Assembly: GCF_006345805.1 (NCBI RefSeq)
Contig: NC_043003.1
Span: 22,568,001 to 22,632,000 of the forward strand
DNA: 64,000 bases
Direction: 5' to 3'
Origin: Octopus sinensis
Taxonomy: Eukaryota
A program made the translations under genes and the position numbers. The notes beneath the pieces were generated by a model that did no database searches, was not told the origin of the DNA, and saw nothing but the letters and a program-made list of their open reading frames with translations. The stretch's first letter is position 1; every line of letters begins with the position of its first letter. Shown here in pieces: positions 51,950-64,000 of the stretch.

Positions 51950-52335
51950 AGAAAGAAATAGAAAATTGACTATATCTGAGCAACATTAAGAATTATGAGA
52001 TGCATGATGACCAAAATGATGCTACTGGTTACTGAAGATCTAGTACTCATGAAGAAGGGAATGGAAAAGTTTGACTACCATATCCCAAGCATCATGAAGA
52101 ACTATGCAGTCCAGCTCAGAAGATTGCCCCACTGGGAACAGCCCACATATTACAGAGGGTGCTGTCAATCAAGAGACATCTTTAACATCTTCCCTATGGT
52201 ACCTTGGGAATCATAGAGCAGACACGACTTTACATCATATAAAACCAGAAGCACAAAAGGAACAACAACAATAATAATAATAATAATGATAATAATTATA
52301 ATAATAATAATATAATAATAATAATATAATAATAA
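51950..52335 (+). mobile_element. RLE-type LINE 3' end with (AAC/AAT)n tail
   Basis: ...LMKKGMEKF...HIP [frameshift] QKIAPLGTAHILQRVLSIK. Confidence 0.75.
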
Positions 52336-52582
52336 TAATAACACTTTCAGACAAATACATAACATAAACACTAGGATTTACAAGTATATATATAGCATAC
52401 AGAAAATAGCACTACTAGGTACTGCACTCACCCTATGGTGAAACACTTTCAATACAGTAAAAATAAGAGCACCGCAACAAACCACAGCACATACCCAAAC
52501 ACACAGATCTGCTCTTGGTAGTGCAATGAAAGCACATGATAAAAATAAGGCTACTGAATAATAATAATAATAATAATAATGA

Positions 52583-52629
<47 letters not shown>

Positions 52630-52630
52630 G
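52336..52630 (+). mobile_element. RLE-type (R4/Dong-like) LINE 3' end
   Basis: SIQKIALLGTAL...; 3' UTR homologous to the 47380 and 48391 copies, ending GGCTACTG(AAT)n. Confidence 0.8.
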
Positions 52631-52635
52631 AATAA

Positions 52636-52850
52636 TGATTTCAAATTTTTGCTACAAGGGCAGCTTGTGGGAAGGGATTAAGTCGATTACATCATCCCCA
52701 GTGTGTAACTGGTACTTATTTAAGTGACCCTGAAAGGATGAAAGGCAACGACGACCTTAGCAGAATTTGAACTTCGAATGTAGTGGCAGATGAAACACCT
52801 CTAAACATTTTTCCCAGCGTGCTAATGATTCTGCCAGCTCACCACCCCTT
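52636..52850 (-). mobile_element. Family A SINE
   Basis: Full motif set, flanked by (AAT)n. Confidence 0.85.
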
Positions 52851-54020
52851 CAATGATAATGATAATAATAATAATAATTATTATGATGATGATGATGTCG
52901 ATAATAACAACAATTACACAACAACAACAGCAATAACAACAGCAACAACAATAATTATTGCTAAAGCAAAATACCATAATTTTTTTAATTGAATGTCTAA
53001 TTGATTAAACTGACCCTATACTTGACTGATGCTTGATTTTGTTGACCCCAAGGATAATGAAAAAGATCAATGCTGGAATTCAAAGGCACCAGAAATCTGA
53101 GTATTGAATTAATTTCAATCTCTTAATGATTTTATGATCATATTTCTGATGAGATAAACTGTTTCTATGTTTTAATTAATTTTGAAAAATATTTACGATT
53201 TTGAGGGTTTTGATAAAATAGCTTTATTTGAAATAATCAGGAAATGTATCTCACATTGGTAGTAGGCTTGAAATCTTGGTAAAGTGGGTTTTGTTGATTA
53301 AACTGATCCCAGTTTTTGACTAAGTAATGTGTAAGTCAAGTGCTAGGATTGATTTAACTGACTACCAAAATAACAAAAAAGCCTTACTTCCATATTGGAA
53401 ACAATTATTAAGCTGGTGTTTTGGACAATATTCAGAATGAGGTTCTTCAGTAAATTTCTGTCAAGAAATCATGTCACAAACAGCATCATAGGGTTGCACA
53501 CCATCTGATTGCTCTATCAACAACTTTAAAAATGTGCTTGAGGGCCTACGTGGTATATGAGGAAGCCTGCAACAAATGCAGTGCATTCTGCATTTGGCAT
53601 ATCAGAAAACTGCATATTTGCATCAAAAGAACACATACACACAAACACCTCAGTTTATAAATACTCGGAGAAGCGCTAGACTCAGGAACTTACAGTTTCT
53701 AACAGAGCCACTAAACAAAATATAGGCAGCCTTCAAACTAAGGAGGCCAGCCTTACTAACAAGCTGAAGCCAGCTGTAAACAACATGAAACTGACAAGCT
53801 ATTATGATTACACTAGTCTGCATATGTCACTATCCTCTTCCATGTATCTGAGTCATGATTTATTCTATCTCTCATTTCTCCATGTGCCATAAGGAAGGCA
53901 TAAACCCTAAATATTGAAATACAGGATAAAATTTCTACTGTTGATCTATCTTCACTTTTGTAGTTCCCTTTGTATTACATTTTGCATTGTTTCAGCCTTA
54001 TTAAGTTAGCCTTACCAAGA

Positions 54021-54300
54021 TTTATTGACTGTAAAAGGTAATATTTTAACACAAAGTTGGACACTGTAAAATGGGAGATTTTATATAATGAGCTCTGAGT
54101 TAGTCTGAAGGGTGCTATTAAAAGGATTGAAGGATGCAGGTATTAAAAGGATTAAGAGCTTCCTAGAATGCTAATAGAGAAAGTAAACCATGGAAAGATT
54201 TTCTTGAAATGAACAAAAAGAAAACATTCCAAGACATTTCCTTTCACTCTCTACTCACATAGCCAAAATTACACTCACACTCCTATTGAGAAATTAATAT
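54021..54300 (+). mobile_element. Possible very old LINE reverse-transcriptase remnant
   Basis: FIDCKR*...LDTVKWEILY and FQDISFHSLL loosely resemble RT motifs FID..KAFD.V.W and FQGDSLSPLL; many stops. Confidence 0.3.
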
Positions 54301-54720
54301 TACAAAAGTATCCTGGGCAGTAAGAGACAGAAATGATGAAGTATCACATTAATTGTCTTGCTATATACAACTATGCATATTTTAATTCCAAGTTCAAATC
54401 CTGCCATTGTCTCTCTGAACTTTTCCTTTTCTAAGATCGATAAAATAAGTACCAGTTTTGTCCATTGAGTTAATCGTGATCATGGTCAAGATAATTTTTT
54501 TATGTCAGTTTTCTCTGCTGGCATGGGTTAGATAGGTTGTCATGGTCTGAGTCATCTCCTGCTGAGAGATGCTGCATTCATAGACTGATGCTCTTATGTA
54601 TCATTTAGTTTGGCTTCTATAGCTGGAAACCCTTCCTATTATCAATCAATTACGCACACATGCATACACACACACACATATATGTGTATGTATATATAGG
54701 CATATATGTGTGTGTGTATG

Positions 54721-54758
<38 letters not shown>

Positions 54759-55519
54759 TGTATACACCCCCACACATATATATGACTTCAGCTAGTGACA
54801 CATAGCCACTCAGAGTTTCTTTTACATGTGTATATATGTTGATCAGTTAATGCATTCCGGCTGATCACTTATATATCTTACATGGATGAAACTCTGAGTG
54901 TTTAATGTATTGAATCACCACTTTAATCCCCACTGTTTCTCCTCTACAAAGCAGAAAAAAAAATCATGTTTTGCCTTCATACCAAAATAGTTAAAAATTA
55001 AAGGCTGCAAGACAAAATTGTTTTAAATTGGTAAATAAATGCATTTTCACACTAAGTAAAAGACAAAACAAAAAGGAAAGAAAAACATTTAAAACCCAAT
55101 TATGTTATTAACAATTAGATACAGGTGCATGTTTAAAAAGACATATTTTTTTTTACCGTTTTACATTTATATTTCTATGCTAGCATAGGTGGGATAGTTT
55201 TTTGCAAATTTTGATTATTTGCATTTCGTTAGAGCAATTTAAAAAAAAAAAAAATCTTTACAGCTTGATGACCTTATTAATATATCAAAATGTGTAAATT
55301 AATTTTTAGCAGTGGAATGATATTAGTGATAGTAATGGTGATAGTGATTGTGGCAGTTGTGTGGGTGGGAATGGATGGCAATGGTGATGGTTATTTGAGT
55401 GGGAATAATTAATTAATTATTCGCTGTTAAATTATTTCTTTGAAATCCAGCTTAATCTGCATGCAACATACTCACACAAATATTAATTATTAATTAAAAA
55501 TAATAACAATAGTAATAGC

Positions 55520-55569
<50 letters not shown>

Positions 55570-56864
55570 TAATAATAATAGTAATAATAATAATGGTACT
55601 GGATTTAATTTTTGTCCACAATAATCTCAGATGTTTCAGTAAGTGCAAATTTTAAATGCTTTTCATTGGTTGATTAAACCCAATTATTTTCAAGTATAAA
55701 ACAGCTTCATCTCTACTTTGGTTTTAATATTAATTTAGGGAAAAAAAATAAACTAAAAGAAAAGTCATCAGTATTAAACTGAATGAAACCAATTTAAAGG
55801 CATAGCTTCAAGATAAAGCATACCAGACAATATATTGAAACAAATATCGGAATTAGGTTTAAACTAATATCCACTTCTTGCACAGAAACAAAAGGAATCT
55901 TAATCGTGCAAGTTTTGTAGTGACCTCACTAGTGCTGGTGCCTCAAAAAAAAAAAGACACCCAGTATGCTTTGTATAGTTGTTGGCATTAGGAAGTGCAT
56001 CCAGCTGTAGACATCATACCAAAAGAGATATTGGACCATGATGTAGTTTGTAGACTTGTCAGATCCTCTCAATTTTCGAAACCATGTCAGCATGGAAGAT
56101 GGACATTAAATGAGGATAATGAAACAAGTCTTCATCTTTGATGGTGGTGCTGGTAGTGGTGGTGGGGATATAGTCAATTACATTGACCTTCTTGCTTCGT
56201 TAGTGATCTGATATTTTTCTCATAAGAATAAAAAGTGATGGATGATGACTTTGTTACACTTTGAATTCAGAATATTACCCCCCCCCAAAAAAAAAAACTG
56301 TGTAACTGAATACCACAATTCATTCAGTCTGATGCTCAACCAATTCTTCCCATCCATTGACACTGGTCCAAATGAATTTCAGCTGAGGTACGAGGGAAAT
56401 AATTTTGTTTTAATTTTCATTTCTTTTGTTTGTTTTTGCCTTTTGCTGAAGTCATTGTTATCATCATGTTGTCATCGTCATCATCATCATCACTGTTGTC
56501 ATCATCTTCATTATTGTCATCATCATCTTCATCATTGTCATCGTTATCCTCATTTCTGTCTTAAATTGCTGTCATCATTTTATCGTTGGTGTCATTGTTG
56601 CTCTCATCATCATTGTTTTAACACCTGATTGTTGTTGTTGTTGTTATTGAACCAAACCCAATGTTGACCTCTGATGGATACAGATCTACCTATAACGAAA
56701 GCATATTCCAACTATGAGCATACAACCTTTTCCGAAATAATCTTCTTTGTCAACATTAACTTTTCCAGTGAGTCCTTTTATAAGACAATATGATGTAGCT
56801 TGAGTGACATTTGATTGCTATTTCTAGCAAATGTGAGTAGGGTAGGTTAACACTGTAGAAACAA

Positions 56865-57175
56865 CTCCACATGTGTCCAGGTGCTGTAGTATCTACAGTA
56901 CCCTGTGTGCTACAACACCCTGTGTGTTTCAAGTTGTTGTAGGGATTTTTCCCTCACATGTCTCCAGTTGTAGTTCCTACTCCCACATGTTTCTAGTTAC
57001 TGTGGTATCTACCCACAACATGTTTCCAGTTGCTTTTGCATCTACAACATCCTATATGTCTCCAGTTACAGTTGAGTCTACCTCTAATTGTGTCTACCCC
57101 CACATGTCTCCAGTTGCTGTAGTGTCCATCTGACATGTCCTCAGCTGCTGTAGAGTCCACTCCATATATCACTTA
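56865..57175. repeat. Degenerate about 30-bp minisatellite
   Basis: About 7-8 imperfect units of CACATGTCTCCAGTTGCTGTAG(A/T)GTCTACC. Confidence 0.75.
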
Positions 57176-57661
57176 TTGATAATGATATCAGACCAACAGC
57201 TATGCTCCTTTCCTGGCTCTGTTCTGTGTGGGGTCCTTGGACAAGACACTCATCTCCTACTATCTCCTAGCCTACTCATCAATACACAGGTTGTCACTAA
57301 ATGGAATGATTTGTTGCTGTAAGCAGTGGTTGCACTATATAATTACTGAGTGCTTTATTAGCTTTCAGTGGTTCGCATTGATTAGAGTATTGGACTAAAA
57401 GCCACATTCACTTTCCTTCTCTAGTGTTAGACTGTGTCAATGAACAAGACAGTTAATTTTGTGTGTGTCTTGTAGTAAATAAGAGAATCTGATATTATCA
57501 GTGATGTAGGGGGAAATCTAACAAGTTAGATTATACATTTCACATAGCAGTAGAACTTAGCATACTCTCATATAGATTACTCATTGTCAATGCTAATGTT
57601 GACTGTTCCATTTTCTTTGAGTTTGACTTTTATTTGAGAAGTAACTTAGTTATCACAGAGT

Positions 57662-58039
57662 CTCCAAAGTCCATCCTCTCCTCACTGTGGTGGGGACGCT
57701 GGCAACAGGTAGTGTCAGAGCTATGCCGTCGAGAACTTCAGTTCCTGCTAGGGCCACCCAAGGCAGATTGGTCTGACACTGAGTGGTATTAGGGCCACAA
57801 CCTGGCAGATGGGGCTCTGGTGAAAATCCTCGGAGTGTCTGCTTTGGCAAGGCAACCGGCAGCTCCTCAGTTGTTTTGTCCCTGCGTCTGCGGACAATCT
57901 GTGGCAAACAGGATGTCTCCACATGCAGGATTGTTGGGGACCACTTGTGAACTCCTCATATTCCAAAGGAACTTCTTCCATGAGTAGAAGAAGCTGACTC
58001 AACCCGCCCAGGGTGAATGTCGCCACAAGTACAAGTAAG
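57662..58039 (+). mobile_element. Short non-autonomous RTE-like retroelement with 11-bp TSD
   Basis: GC-rich 378-bp insert flanked by TATCACAGAGT (57651-61 and 58040-50), with a CAAGTACAAGTAAG tail. The 5' part GAGCTATGCCG...CCTGCTAGGGCCACCCAAGGCA resembles RTE 5' UTRs (from memory). Confidence 0.7.
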
Positions 58040-59235
58040 TATCACAGAGTGGAATGACTTGCTATTGGTAGCATTATAAAAATTACAGAGTGTTTTGTTA
58101 ATGTGTAATGCAAGTACAGATGTAGGGGCTCCAGTGGGAATCTGCTATACTGAAAGTCCTTACATCACAGTACGGTATTACTAGATCTATTACCATTACC
58201 TTAGAGAGAAAAAGTCGAATGAGGACTAGAATGCTTAAACTTCAGTGACAAATGCATTAAAACAAAAACATGATCAAATACATTCAGCATATATAAACAT
58301 TTTGTTTCACTATGAAGTAGTTTTGTGACTTAAAAGAAAGAAAAAAACTGGAAAAAAAAAATCAAACCTGACAAGGGAATGATCAATAAGTGGTTGTTTA
58401 TGGTTTCAATCCACTTTAGAAGCATACAGCTTCCATTGGTTTAGACGACATTGATGTATATGTAAAAAAAAACCAAGAAAAACAATTTGTGTAGTTTTTT
58501 TTTTTGATTCAATGAGTATAGAAGCTCAAAGGAATTTTGTTTAAACTAAACCCAATCAGTTTTGGCATTCATTAACAGAAACTGCAAATTATAAACTTAT
58601 TTAAGGAGCTTTTAAATTTAGCATAAAATCACACACACACACTCTTACACACACACACTTATATATATACACTCACATGTACACACACACATGCACACAC
58701 ACACACACACACTTAAAAAACATTCTGTAAGTTTGGAAAATATTTAAGCTGCAAAACCATTCATTTTGATTTTCAAGTTGTGTATTCTCAAGAGATTTTA
58801 TCAAACATTAACATCCATGGTTAAGTAGAAGAATGCATGTTTGCAATTAGCAGTGGATCACCTAATCCTACAATGAGCAATAATTTCTTTTTTTATGAGA
58901 TTCTTTGAACAAATTGTCAAGAGCTTTTACCAGAAGTAACACTGAATGGTATTCCATTTAATATGCTCAATTATCAGTCACTTCGTTACCTTCAGATAAA
59001 AATCATGAAAATGTAACTTTGCAATACAATTTTCCTTTAGACTGCACATGCCCGCATTCTTGGCAGTACATTGGCTGCTGTTTTACTGTACTCATACTTT
59101 TGAATAAATCAGTGTTGCTATAGTACTGTGGTTTGGTCTTAAAAATATTTCTTCCTTTAAGAAAAAAAAAGTCTTTTGTTTTGTATCAAATGTTCATTTG
59201 AGAACTTTGTTCATCATATCCACTGTAATTAATCA

Positions 59236-59479
59236 CATGATCATGTGACCGAGCAGGCTATCAGATGTTACACATCGCTGGTCACAATGCATTTTGCATT
59301 ATTTTAGCCTTCAAATGATGCCACTTCGTTGGCTAGGCAAGCAGGCCAACATTCTTCGTTCATTGAAAGGTGGGACTGGAGTAACATGAAATGGAGTGAT
59401 GCCTCCCAGTCAGAAAATCAAACCCACGATCTAGTGATCATGAGTGCAACAGCCTAACCACTGGGCCATGTGCCTTCAC
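59236..59479 (-). mobile_element. tRNA-derived SINE, family B
   Basis: Reverse-complement homologue of 650-906. Confidence 0.8.
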
Positions 59480-59489
59480 ACTGCAATTA

Positions 59490-60140
59490 ATACTGGTTTC
59501 ATATATTGGCACAAGGCCAGCACTTTCAAGGAAGTGGTAGGTTGATTATTTTGACTCCAGTGCTCAACGTAGTTTATTGACCCCCACCCAACTGATGAAC
59601 AGCAAAATCGACCTCAGCAGAATTTGAACTCAGAATGTGCAGATGGATAAAATACTTCTAAGCATTTTGCTGGACATACTAACAGTTCTACTAGTTTGCT
59701 GCCTTTCTACTGCAATTAATATTGTTTTCAAATTTTGGCACAAGGCCAGCAATTTTAAAGGAAGAGGAAGGTCGATTATTTCAATCCCAGTATTCAACTG
59801 GTACTTATTTTATCGACCCTGCTCAAAAAAAAAAAAATCGACCTCAGCAGAATTTGAACTCAGAATATGCACATGAATGATATACTGCTAAGCATTTTGC
59901 ACAGTGTGCTAACAATTCTGCCAGCTCGCTGCCATGCTACAGAAATAATATTGGTTTCAAGTTTTGGCACAATGCCAGCAACTTCAGCAGAAGGGGAAAC
60001 TTGATTACATTAAGCCCCAGTACTCAATTATTGACCATGAAAGGATGAAAGGCAAAGTTGGCCATGGCAGAATTTGAACTCAGAACCTTCAGATGGATGT
60101 TATGATGCAAAGCATTTTGCCCACCATCCTAACAATCCTG
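59490..60140 (-). mobile_element. Three tandem family A SINE copies
   Basis: Three TTGGCACAA(G/T)GCCAGCA...GCAGAATTTGAACTCAGAA units. Confidence 0.85.
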
Positions 60141-60675
60141 CAAGCTACAGATTAGGCTGTTGCACTCATGATCGTCTTGCTACCGCAATTAATATTAAAA
60201 GTAAAAAATGTTTTGTGTTTAGTTTTCATAAAGATTTGTCAAAAACAAACAAATAATATACAAATGGCACTGCATTATGGGATAAAATGGGGTGTGTAGG
60301 CAAGGGGAATTTATCAGAGAGGGTTGTTATTTAAGCGTTTTTTCCCACAAGATTGGAGTAAAGTAAATTGAAGCAATTCCAATAAAATTAAGTATATAAT
60401 TAATTTTGTTTGACCCTGAAATGATGAAAGGGAAATCCCATTAGGATTCCGGTCCCATCATGATTCAAATCCTGTTGGGATCCTTTTCCACCTGAAATTC
60501 TCATGGGATTTGAACTCAGGACAGTAAAGTAGGTAACTGCTTGTGATTATCTTGTGAAGTGGAATGTTTTTAATGCATTGGTTAATTTTATTCCAAGAGA
60601 AGTATGGTCTATCTTTTGTGGAGTCTGAATGTACAAGCATGTGAATATGGGTGGAGGAAGATGTTGCAAGTGTGT

Positions 60676-60708
<33 letters not shown>

Positions 60709-60928
60709 GTGGAGTGTGTTTGGATGTGTGTATGAATGTAAGGAGGTGTTGGGTACTGATTTGTTCATAAATTAGAAATGTCCAACCCCTGGATTATTAT
60801 CAATGTGAATGTAAGTAGCTGGGTTTGTTGTTGGTATAGGATTGCTGCCAGAAAAGGGCATAGTGTGTATGTGATATTATATAATATGATGTAGTCAATG
60901 GAACACATGAAATGGAAACATGAATGAG

Positions 60929-60970
<42 letters not shown>

Positions 60971-61710
60971 TGTGAAGGAGAGAGAGGTGAAGAAGGACAG
61001 AGGGATAGAAAGACAGTGAAGTGAAAAAAAAAAAAGCGAAGGAATGCATTGAAAGCAACTAGTGAGGAACAAAAAGCTAAATACATAGAGAGACTGATAA
61101 GTAGATAAATAGACTGATAGATAAATAGATAGATAGTTAGACAGAGAAATACAAAGAATGTTTAGGAAGAAAGTGAAGAGAGGATAACAAACATACACAT
61201 GAACATACTCTTATATAGACCAAAACATTCACCTACACTCAAATTAAAGGGTGAAAGAACAAAACAACTCTATTTTCTTGTTCCAGCCCCTAAAAAAGAA
61301 ATAGCAGTATAATGTGTGTTGATGTCCCAAGTTAAAAGCGAAATGCAAATATTAGGAATAAGAAATTTTCAAGAGAATTTTTACTGTTATCACTTTGTTA
61401 AACATAAACCAAAAATAGATTTTGTTGTTGTTTAACCCCAGGTCATCCTTGACTGAGCAAACCTGTGTTCAAAGGCATTCTAACCATGACCATTCGGTCT
61501 TTTTTCTAGATGGGATGTAGCGTTTGCTATGAGAGTAAGATGCTATTTGAGGAGGATTTAGCTGCTTTTTCTTGCAGGTCAAATGTCCGTGCAAAGACTC
61601 CCTTCTTTGTTTATTTAGATTATTATCAATAAGGGAAAAATAATAAGTTAACAGAAATATCTTTGTGTCATAGAGAAATCTTTCAATTAACTGATAATAT
61701 ATACACACTA

Positions 61711-61780
<70 letters not shown>

Positions 61781-61782
61781 AT

Positions 61783-61839
<57 letters not shown>

Positions 61840-62921
61840 ATATATGTATGTATATGTATATATATATGTATGTATATTTACATAAATACACACTATATAT
61901 ATATATATTATAATATATGCACACTATAATATATATATATTATAATATATACACACTATATATATATATATATATATATTTATATACACACATACGTGTG
62001 TTGTGTGTCTGTGTGTTTGTTTGTTGGCTTTGTATCATGTTAAAATGTAGATAAAATGTTCAGCAATCACAAATATATTAAGAATATTGGATTCTTAGCT
62101 TTCATGTTTAAATTTGTTTTTGCTGTGGAAATAGAAAATATAATTAGTTAAATGCAATAAAATTATTCATGAAATATAGTTATGCAAAAGAAAAAATTTT
62201 AATTTAAAAAGAACTGGTAGAGGTAAAAATCAATGAAAATAATATAGTTTTGTTGACATGTATGAATATTCTAGTAAATATTTTTCTTTTACTGATTCAA
62301 TTAAACTGATGATACCTTGCACTTGCAAATTCTTTTGCATGGTCCGGTATTGAAAAAAAATAAGAATAAAAAGAAACACTCCCTCAGAATGTGCACACAA
62401 ACAAGTGTCTTCACACATGCACACACTCACACTCACATGCATACACACTAGCACATATATACAAATATGGAGGTACATGCAATTATGCATTCACATGCAA
62501 ACACATATACACACCAACACATTTTTGCATCCATACACACACTGATTTTAGTTCTCAAGGCCTTACTTCAGAATCAAATAAAGGCCTAGAGGGAATTAAC
62601 TGGTCATATATCCAGGAATGTAGCTTCAAGCAATGCCAAAAATCTAGTCTTTGGCAAAATATTAATTAGTGTTAAAAATAAGTGTCATTTTTTCAAAATG
62701 TTTTTTTTTGTCTCATTCAAATATTGATATAATTTTTTTTAGTTTGCTAGAAATAATATGTTTACTAAATAATGGTTAAAGGGTTTAAAAATAAGGTTTA
62801 TAAAACTGCACCTAAGTTTGCTAAAAGCTTTTTCCAAGAATATTTTGAACCAATTATGCCATTTGGCTGAAGCTAAACACTGTTACATTCACTTAAACTT
62901 TAAACTCATCTTGTAATAATG

Positions 62922-62982
<61 letters not shown>

Positions 62983-63049
62983 TAATAATAATGATGATGA
63001 TGATGATGATGATGAGATGATGATGATGATGATAATAATAATAATAATG

Positions 63050-63087
<38 letters not shown>

Positions 63088-63500
63088 CCTAAGGATTTAA
63101 ATCAATTATTACATTGATTCCAGTACTCAAGTGATACTTAATTTATCGATCCCAAAAGGATGAAACGCAAAGTCAACCATGGCAGAATTTGAACTCAGAA
63201 TGTGAACTCAGTGGCAGATGAAATATCGTTAAGCATTTCACCCGGAGTGTTAACAATTGTGCCAGCTTGGTAGAAGACATTTGCTATGGTGCCATGCTGA
63301 TAGTAGACATGTTGGTAGAAGAAATTTGCCAAGGTGCCATGCAGTGGACTGAACCCAGAACCATGTGGTTGGGAAGCAAGCTTCTTACCACACAGCCATG
63401 CCTGCACCTATAATAATAATAATAATAATAAAATAATAATAATAATAATAATGATGATGATGATGATGATGATGATGATATAATAATAATAATAATAATG

Positions 63501-63535
<35 letters not shown>

Positions 63536-63933
63536 CCTAAGGATTTAAATCAATTATTACATTGATTCCAGTACTCAAGTGATACTTAATTTATCGATCC
63601 AAAAGGATGAAACGCAAAGTCAACCATGGCAGAATTTGAACTCAGAATGTGAACTCAGTGGCAGATGAAATATCGTTAAGCATTTCACCCGGAGTGTTAA
63701 CAATTGTGCCAGCTTGGTAGAAGACATTTGCTATGGTGCCATGCTGATAGTAGACATGTTGGTAGAAGAAATTTGCCAAGGTGCCATGCAGTGGGACTGA
63801 ACCCAGAACCATGTGGTTGGGAAGCAAGCTTCTTACCACACAGCCATGCCTGCACCTATAATAATAATAATAATAATAATATAATAATAATAATAATAAT
63901 AATGATGATGATGATGATGATGATGATGATAAT
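63088..63933. repeat. Near-identical about 448-bp tandem duplication (SINE A + SINE C composite plus microsatellite)
   Basis: 63088 equals 63536, offset 447-448; the non-microsatellite parts differ by two single-base indels. Confidence 0.95.
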
Positions 63934-64000
63934 ATAACAGTTATTACTGTATGGTGTTGATTGTAATATGTACAAAAAAAAAATCAAAGTACTCAATATT

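Noticed and set aside
53450-53790. Minus-strand splice-bounded stretches with open frames (WLQLVSKAG…, LPHIPRRPSS…)
   Set aside because: Moderate signals, no homology, and comparable to many chance pairs in the window.
57662-57740. Intact HDV-like ribozyme
   Set aside because: Only a P4-like stem and a short P3-like pair are visible; L3 is too short, and P1 and P2 could not be completed.

Overview
This is AT-rich eukaryotic non-genic or intronic DNA, saturated with (TA)n, (CA)n, (TACA)n, (AAT)n and (GAT)n microsatellites and decayed transposable elements. The repeat families and composition resemble an octopod cephalopod genome (inference from memory, no database search was run). No host protein-coding gene can be supported. 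Most ORFs in the track are microsatellite translations, and the only recognisable peptides are transposon remnants: a Helitron PIF1-like helicase, RTE and CR1-type ORF2 C-termini, and several restriction-like-endonuclease (R4/Dong-type) LINE 3' ends. About 40 copies of one tRNA-derived SINE are present, strongly co-oriented, plus at least three other SINE-like families, hAT and TTAA-type MITEs, and two very recent tandem duplications. The most interesting signal is a set of type-I minimal hammerhead-ribozyme motifs from several unrelated sequence families: one apparently intact at 9314-9411, three sitting head-to-head inside fold-back palindromes, and one decayed. They co-occur with about ten long inverted repeats, consistent with Penelope-like retroelement relics. 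A separate 254-bp GC-rich hairpin has all six arm transitions in the G.U-compatible direction on the + strand. Element boundaries are read by eye and are approximate unless termini are quoted.
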